In this document: positions 59,200-64,000 of the stretch, in pieces
Position numbering within the stretch: the first letter of the stretch is position 1
Layout: every line of letters starts with the position of its first letter
Source of the DNA: a virus
Strand: one strand, 5' to 3'
DNA length: 64,000 nt
Virus record (IMG/VR): IMGVR_UViG_3300027709_000056
Span: 32,001 to 96,000 of that record
The notes under the pieces: model-generated
Told to the model about the DNA's origin: nothing
What the model saw: the letters and a program-made list of their open reading frames with translations, nothing else
Database searches by the model: none
Program-made: the position numbers and the translations under genes

Positions 59200-59757
59200 G
59201 TCTTCAAAAGTATTATTATCTTTATGGTATTTCTTAAAGTCTCTAGCCCAAATTTCTTTGTCTAATAACCAAACATTTTGTTGAGTATAAAGGTATTCAA
59301 AATCTTCTTTTAATAATGAAATGCCCTCAACTCCTCTACGCATAAGTTTATCAACTGCATGACTTCTACCTGCGCCATCTATGCTTTCTGGTCTATTTGT
59401 TGTGTGAATAAAATTACTAGGACCATGAAGTTTATCGATATACTTCATTTGTAGATAATAGTTTATTCCAGCGTTAAGTGAATTAAGTCTTAGATTACGA
59501 CTAGTTTTTTGATTAGCGTCAATTGTTGCACCCCTAAACCCACAACGCCAGTATGTTTTATTATCCATATAAAATTCATGAACACCACTAAACACTTTGA
59601 TACGATTATCTTCAATACCTCCAAAGAACTGTATATGTTCAAAGTAATCAAATTTTAATTTTTTAATTGATGTATTATTATCAAATCCTTTTTTTGCACA
59701 TTCTTCCATAAAAGAAGGTAGTAAAGGATCATCTTTATTAATTTGTTTCCAATGCAT
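59191..59757 (-). CDS. Hypothetical protein, possibly GNAT/acyltransferase-like
   Basis: 188 aa; alpha/beta pattern QFFGGIEDNRIKVFSGV...WRCGFRG loosely like GNAT strands; coupled to the ANL ligase. Confidence 0.3.
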   Translation of the reverse strand: MHWKQINKDDPLLPSFMEECAKKGFDNNTSIKKLKFDYFEHIQFFGGIEDNRIKVFSGVHEFYMDNKTYWRCGFRGATIDANQKTSRNLRLNSLNAGINYYLQMKYIDKLHGPSNFIHTTNRPESIDGAGRSHAVDKLMRRGVEGISLLKEDFEYLYTQQNVWLLDKEIWARDFKKYHKDNNTFEDLD

Positions 59758-60868
59758 TTCTAATCTTTTTATTCAGCGAGTTTCTTGGCACACTATCAAT
59801 CTTGCTATATTTAAGTGGAATGTTACACGGTGGTAGGTAGGGAACAAGCATTTCTTTAATTGCGTCTTTATCTGGATTACCTTTAGTATGCATTAATTCA
59901 ATATAGTCGCTTCCTGCTTTATTTTTAGGGACAGCCAGGCAATCTCCATAACCCATTTCCTCTAAATAATTTTCAATTAGTAATAGACTACATTGATAGC
60001 CATTTACTTTAACTACATCGTTTGATCTGCCTTTAAACTGTATTAAGCCATTCCCAACATATTGCTTTATTTCAAATAGATCAGCAGTAGCAACACCATT
60101 GTAGATTAATTCATCATTTCTAATTTTGCAATTTTTGTCAAGTTCTAAATAACAAGATGTTTCATCTAATTCAGTAGTTCTATGTCCTAGTACAGGACTA
60201 CCAATTTCTGTTGATCCATATATGTGATTAAAAACGTTGCACCCATTATCAAAAATGTATTTTGCGTGTCTTGGCAATAATTGACTAGCACCAGATGCCA
60301 CGATATCAAATTTGTCAAGTGGTAATTTAAGTTCAGCTATTCTAAATTGATCTATTAATCCAGGGATGAATATTGTAGCATTAACATCAGTTTGGAAATC
60401 ATCTTTAAGTGTTTGTCTATTTGATAATACAATTTTACAATCGTGTTTAACTATTGCTGGCAAAACAATATGCCAGAACCCACTAGTAAATGGTGGAATA
60501 AAATTTAACCAACTTGTATTACTGTTCCAATCAAGATGTTGTTCTGATTTTTTAATTATTTGTTTAAAGGCATTCTGATCAAACGAAACTAATTTAGGAG
60601 AACCTGTGGTTCCACTAGTGTGTAGAAAAACACAATCGTTTGCTGGTTGTTCCGCTAACTGTTTATCTAGTTCTTCCTTTTGCTTGGATGGAAGCATAGG
60701 TGCTCTAACTAATATGCGGCCGCCAACTTCCATCCAAGCAATATAAAGAGCTATGTGATCAAGATGATCAACAGATTCTATTATTACTATTTCATTTTTT
60801 AATTGCTGTTTGTATTTAGAAACAGTGACAGCATAATCTAAATAACTGCCATTGCGGAATATTTTCAC
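59738..60868 (-). CDS. Adenylate-forming (ANL) acyl-CoA synthetase / AMP ligase
   Basis: FLHTSGTTGSPK (P-loop), YGSTE, TADL, GRSNDVVKVNG. Confidence 0.9.
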   Translation of the reverse strand: MKIFRNGSYLDYAVTVSKYKQQLKNEIVIIESVDHLDHIALYIAWMEVGGRILVRAPMLPSKQKEELDKQLAEQPANDCVFLHTSGTTGSPKLVSFDQNAFKQIIKKSEQHLDWNSNTSWLNFIPPFTSGFWHIVLPAIVKHDCKIVLSNRQTLKDDFQTDVNATIFIPGLIDQFRIAELKLPLDKFDIVASGASQLLPRHAKYIFDNGCNVFNHIYGSTEIGSPVLGHRTTELDETSCYLELDKNCKIRNDELIYNGVATADLFEIKQYVGNGLIQFKGRSNDVVKVNGYQCSLLLIENYLEEMGYGDCLAVPKNKAGSDYIELMHTKGNPDKDAIKEMLVPYLPPCNIPLKYSKIDSVPRNSLNKKIRNALETN

Positions 60869-61509
60869 TAGAACCTCGTTATAAAGGCTACTGCTGTAAT
60901 TTCAGAATCATAATCACCTCGTTGCCATCCTCTGGTTACCATCATGCTTACCTTTGGTGTAATTTTATAACCAAGTCCGGCGGTAACTGTTTCTGTTTCC
61001 CAAACAATATCATCAGAATCTCTAAATCTATAATTTAGATCAGTAAAAAGTCTGTCAGTAAGTTTATACTGTGTTCCAACTTTTATTGTAAAATAATCAT
61101 CTGTGTTTTTGTCTGAGTTTTCATACTTTCTCCAACCCAAGCTATAGAATGCATACGGGGAAAAGTCTTTAATCCTCGTTGTATATCCAATACCAGCCAT
61201 CCACCTTGTTTCGTCATTAACAGCTGAAAGGTTCGGATAACCTTTCTGGTACATACCAGTTAATGTAAACCCGCTATCAAATCTATAAAATCCTTGGACT
61301 TGAAATAGGTCAACGCTTAATGTTTCGGAAATTGTTTCAACACCATAACCTGAACCTACAACTAACTTCTTTAAATTAAAAAGCGGTTCTTTTTTTACTG
61401 TTTCAGTATCAGTAGGTGGTGTTTGAGCATGGGCGGCAGTTAATCCAATAGGACCGGCTACCGCTGTCAATGATAGTATCATTGCTCCGATTAAGATAAT
61501 TTTTTTCAT
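60868..61509 (-). CDS. Outer-membrane beta-barrel protein with signal peptide
   Basis: MKKIILIGAMILSLTAVAG...AHA signal; alternating beta-strands with aromatic residues (GIGY, KVGTQYKL, AGLGYKI); C-terminal Phe. Start at ATG 61509 (ATGA overlap). Confidence 0.8.
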   Translation of the reverse strand: MKKIILIGAMILSLTAVAGPIGLTAAHAQTPPTDTETVKKEPLFNLKKLVVGSGYGVETISETLSVDLFQVQGFYRFDSGFTLTGMYQKGYPNLSAVNDETRWMAGIGYTTRIKDFSPYAFYSLGWRKYENSDKNTDDYFTIKVGTQYKLTDRLFTDLNYRFRDSDDIVWETETVTAGLGYKITPKVSMMVTRGWQRGDYDSEITAVAFITRF

Positions 61510-61913
61510 GTGGTCTTTCCCCAATTTATTAAGTTCCAAATTCTTTCATGTGTGTAATGTACAACGATGAACAGGATATTTGTTACAATAGTCCACTCTA
61601 ACGCATGAGCAGAACTAAGACCCATCATCATACCAATTACAAATAAAACAAACATGGACCATAGTCGCCAAGTAACCGTCTTAGCCGTTGTTCTAAAGTG
61701 TGTATCCTTGTTGTCTATTCTTTGCCATTTAACTCTATTCCATATTTTTTCTTGTACCCAGAACGATGCAAACCCAACAGTATATGATAGAATAACAAAT
61801 GTAATTCCAAATCCTGCTGAATAGTTCATTGCCAGTGCCGCGAGAAAAATGCTCACTGCAACGACTGTTCTGTATGAAAGAGTTTTTACTACTGTCCTAA
61901 GATTATTATCCAT
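61506..61913 (-). CDS. Membrane protein with two DUF2061-like repeats
   Basis: R..VKTLSYR...EKIWNRVKW and R..AKTVTWR...HERIWNLINW repeats; GGAGGA SD before ATG 61913. Confidence 0.75.
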   Translation of the reverse strand: MDNNLRTVVKTLSYRTVVAVSIFLAALAMNYSAGFGITFVILSYTVGFASFWVQEKIWNRVKWQRIDNKDTHFRTTAKTVTWRLWSMFVLFVIGMMMGLSSAHALEWTIVTNILFIVVHYTHERIWNLINWGKTT

Positions 61914-61960
61914 TATGTCCTCCAATTAAGATCTATGAGTTTCATAGTACAGTTACTATA

Positions 61961-61966
61961 TACTTA
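61961..61966 (-). promoter_or_regulatory. Putative late-type promoter variant (TAAGTA)
   Basis: aaTAAGTAtatag upstream of the DUF2061/OMP/ligase operon. Confidence 0.4.
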
Positions 61967-61989
61967 TTGTTCTGCAAAACCGGGGGGTA

Positions 61990-62466
61990 TTATTGTGGCA
62001 TTCCAGGCGGAGTGAATTTATCCCCAAATGATGATTTTAAATCACTATGTAATTTTTCTATTATTTCTTGGGGACTGTATATGCCTACATTATCCCAATC
62101 TACGATCTGTATATTATTTCCATCAATAAGAATATTGCTTAATTGCCAATCACCGTGGGCGTAAGGAGATGTATGATTAATATGATTAATACAGAAATTA
62201 TAAATTTTATCTATAAATTGTTCAGTAATCGGAAATGTATTTGCTGGTATTCCCGGTATAATTTTATAATCTATATATAAGCTCTCTGTAGTAACACCGT
62301 GAGTAATAACAAATCCAGGCATAAGTTTTTCTAAAATATCTAAATGTTCTTCAAGAGCCGCTTCATCTGGGTTATGTTCTGGTTTACATTGCCAAGTCTT
62401 TCTATAGAAATCTGGGAATTTCCAGACTTGCCGTGAGTTCTCTTTGTTATCTTTGATTAAGTCCAT
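61990..62466 (-). CDS. APH/choline/RIO-like phosphotransferase (small)
   Basis: YAHGDWQLSNILID...IVDWD catalytic motifs. Confidence 0.75.
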   Translation of the reverse strand: MDLIKDNKENSRQVWKFPDFYRKTWQCKPEHNPDEAALEEHLDILEKLMPGFVITHGVTTESLYIDYKIIPGIPANTFPITEQFIDKIYNFCINHINHTSPYAHGDWQLSNILIDGNNIQIVDWDNVGIYSPQEIIEKLHSDLKSSFGDKFTPPGMPQ

Positions 62467-63263
62467 ACGTCAAAACTCTCTTCCCCATAAACGCAACCGT
62501 TAATGTTGCAGTTTTTACAAGGAGATTTTCCAGACCTTAGTCCACTTGCTAATTTATTTCTATAGTCCATTATTTCATCACCAAGCCATATCTCCTTTAT
62601 CGAAGTTTTATGTATGTTACCAAGTATCCCTTTTCTAGCCCAATCCTCAGAGCATACTAACGCATCACCATTCCAGTCAATAAACATTTTGTAAAAGGGC
62701 AAGTAACAAGGCTTTGTAATATTTTCTAATTTTTTTCCAAGTATATTATTTGTTCTATCAACCAATGTTAATTCAAATCTTTCAGGATAACAATGCCTAG
62801 GCATTATTTCAATATTTGTATCTCCACGCATTTCTAATAGTTCTTTTGTTATATCTTTATCATACATACTAACCATTATGTGTGTACATCCTGCATCAGC
62901 AAAATTCTTTATCTTATTAGCAGTAAGAAAGTCACCGTTAGTGTTTATGTCAATCCACTTGGCATCAGTTTGAGCGATAATTTCTATTTGTCTTGCTAGT
63001 TTTTTATGTAACAACGGTTCGCCAAATCCTACAAAGCCAACCCTACCATTAAATTTAATATCCTTAAGATCATCAGCAAGTTTTTGTGTAGTGCTTTCTG
63101 ATATAACCCAGTTCTTATTTGTATATATGTCTGGATTGCTTCTTGGACAGAAGTCACAAAATCTGTTGCATATATCAACAGGATTAATCTGTATGCTTCT
63201 TAAAGAAGAAAGTTTATCAGTTGCACCGGATGATTGCTGGGTTCGTAAGTTATGTAGGTTCAT
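62457..63263 (-). CDS. Radical SAM/SPASM protein
   Basis: CNRFCDFC, GFGEPL, NTNG, C-terminal CYLPF...DWNGDALVC...LGNI...IW...CKNC. Confidence 0.9.
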   Translation of the reverse strand: MNLHNLRTQQSSGATDKLSSLRSIQINPVDICNRFCDFCPRSNPDIYTNKNWVISESTTQKLADDLKDIKFNGRVGFVGFGEPLLHKKLARQIEIIAQTDAKWIDINTNGDFLTANKIKNFADAGCTHIMVSMYDKDITKELLEMRGDTNIEIMPRHCYPERFELTLVDRTNNILGKKLENITKPCYLPFYKMFIDWNGDALVCSEDWARKGILGNIHKTSIKEIWLGDEIMDYRNKLASGLRSGKSPCKNCNINGCVYGEESFDVWT

Positions 63264-63265
63264 AG

Positions 63266-64000
63266 CTAACTCCAGTCATGCTTAGAATATTTGTTATATT
63301 CTGCTAGAGTGTCCATATCTATTAATGACATTCTATAAAGACCGTTAACTTGTTTATAGCCAAGTTTCTCTGTGTATTGATTAGGTTTCTTAAAAAGAAC
63401 GTAATTGCTATTTGAAGGAACGCAATCAAAGTTTGTTTCTAAGTAGTTTCTAGTTTTAATCATTCTTTTTATATGATTTGGAATATCATTTAATATGTAT
63501 TTTAATGTGTCGCTTGGTATTGTAGCACATATAGGTCTATATTTTTTTAGTTCTTCTATTACAGTTTTATTTGCTATGCACCAACCAAACCTTGCACCAG
63601 GCATAGCATAACTCTTAGATAATGTTTTTAATACTATAATGTTTTCTACGTGTTCATATATTACGCTTTCGTTAGCAAAGTCACCGTATGCTTCATCAAC
63701 AATTAGGTATTTGTAATCTTTTGCCATTTCAATAACACGTTCTTTAGAAATTACTGTACCATCATTACCGTTTGGGTTGATAAGATAGTATACATCATCT
63801 CCTAATGGAACATTAAATTGTGTAGCACCATACCAAGGATACTGACAAACTGTCATTGATAAATTATTATCTTGTAAAAAGCGTTCTAATCGAACTGCAA
63901 GTTCACTGATGCCATATCCAACTTCGATGTGCTTATAGTTGTAGTGGTGCGTTAAAACAGAAAGTTCATCAGCATGAGTAACATATCTTCTTACATCTAA
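63266..64000 (-). CDS. PLP-dependent aminotransferase class I/II (HisC/CobD-like), 5'-truncated by the window edge
   Basis: INPNGNDG, IVDEAY, KTLSKSYAMPGARFG; the frame stays open from 63856 to 64000. Confidence 0.85.
   Translation of the reverse strand, partial: LDVRRYVTHADELSVLTHHYNYKHIEVGYGISELAVRLERFLQDNNLSMTVCQYPWYGATQFNVPLGDDVYYLINPNGNDGTVISKERVIEMAKDYKYLIVDEAYGDFANESVIYEHVENIIVLKTLSKSYAMPGARFGWCIANKTVIEELKKYRPICATIPSDTLKYILNDIPNHIKRMIKTRNYLETNFDCVPSNSNYVLFKKPNQYTEKLGYKQVNGLYRMSLIDMDTLAEYNKYSKHDWS

Noticed and set aside
61933-61959. Short palindromes CTATGA-gtt-TCATAG and ATAGTA-cagt-TACTAT as operators
   Set aside because: 6-bp AT-rich arms are expected by chance and no cognate regulator is visible.
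957-63285. Many short (60-160 aa) ORFs antisense to, or out of frame within, long genes (e.g. 957..1142, 3735..4208, 6261..6638, 27868..28344, 43797..44045)
   Set aside because: They lie fully inside well-supported genes, have no motifs or SD, and have shadow-like composition.
1-64000. Stop-codon reassignment (TAG or TGA), as in some large phages
   Set aside because: Genes are long and complete under code 11; TAG (9569, 10029, 32821, 34364) and TGA (193, 61506) end genes at sensible, tightly packed boundaries.
1-64000. tRNA, rRNA, CRISPR array, integrase, transposase, intron or intein
   Set aside because: Intergenic gaps are under ~120 nt with no repeat-spacer or cloverleaf pattern, and no such protein motifs were recognised by eye. 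A tRNAscan or intein HMM run would be the formal check.

Overview
AT-rich (roughly 30% GC by eye), very densely coding fragment of a T4-superfamily large/jumbo myophage, read in the standard genetic code. The host is probably Gram-negative, because the window encodes an outer-membrane beta-barrel. (1) 1-3.9 kb, minus strand: gp55-like late sigma factor, gp47 nuclease, gp46 ATPase and a small basic ORF running off the left edge, driven by a near-consensus sigma70 promoter. (2) 3.9-35.3 kb, plus strand: baseplate/fibre module with tube-initiator-like, gp53 LysM, hub, gp5-like spike, gp25, gp6, a 4906-aa multidomain wedge protein and three paralogous fibre proteins. (3) 35.3-64 kb: an enzyme island with 8 radical SAM genes (9 CxxxCxxC domains), about 5 glycosyltransferase-like genes, 2 UDP-sugar dehydrogenases, 3 SGNH-fold proteins, a methyltransferase, 2 PLP aminotransferases, 1-2 kinase-like proteins, a QueC-like PP-loop enzyme, an adenylate-forming ligase, an OM beta-barrel and a DUF2061-like membrane protein. 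A TAA(A/G)TA late-promoter-like motif precedes both the structural and the island operons, which suggests a late-expressed biosynthetic or decoration system (inference). Also found by hand: a 54-aa SutA-like ORF missed by the ORF track, an ACG-rich convergent spacer, a 21-nt duplication at a domain-fusion junction and probable leaderless late starts. All family assignments come from motifs recognised by eye, not from database searches. No tRNA, rRNA, CRISPR array, integrase or transposase was seen.
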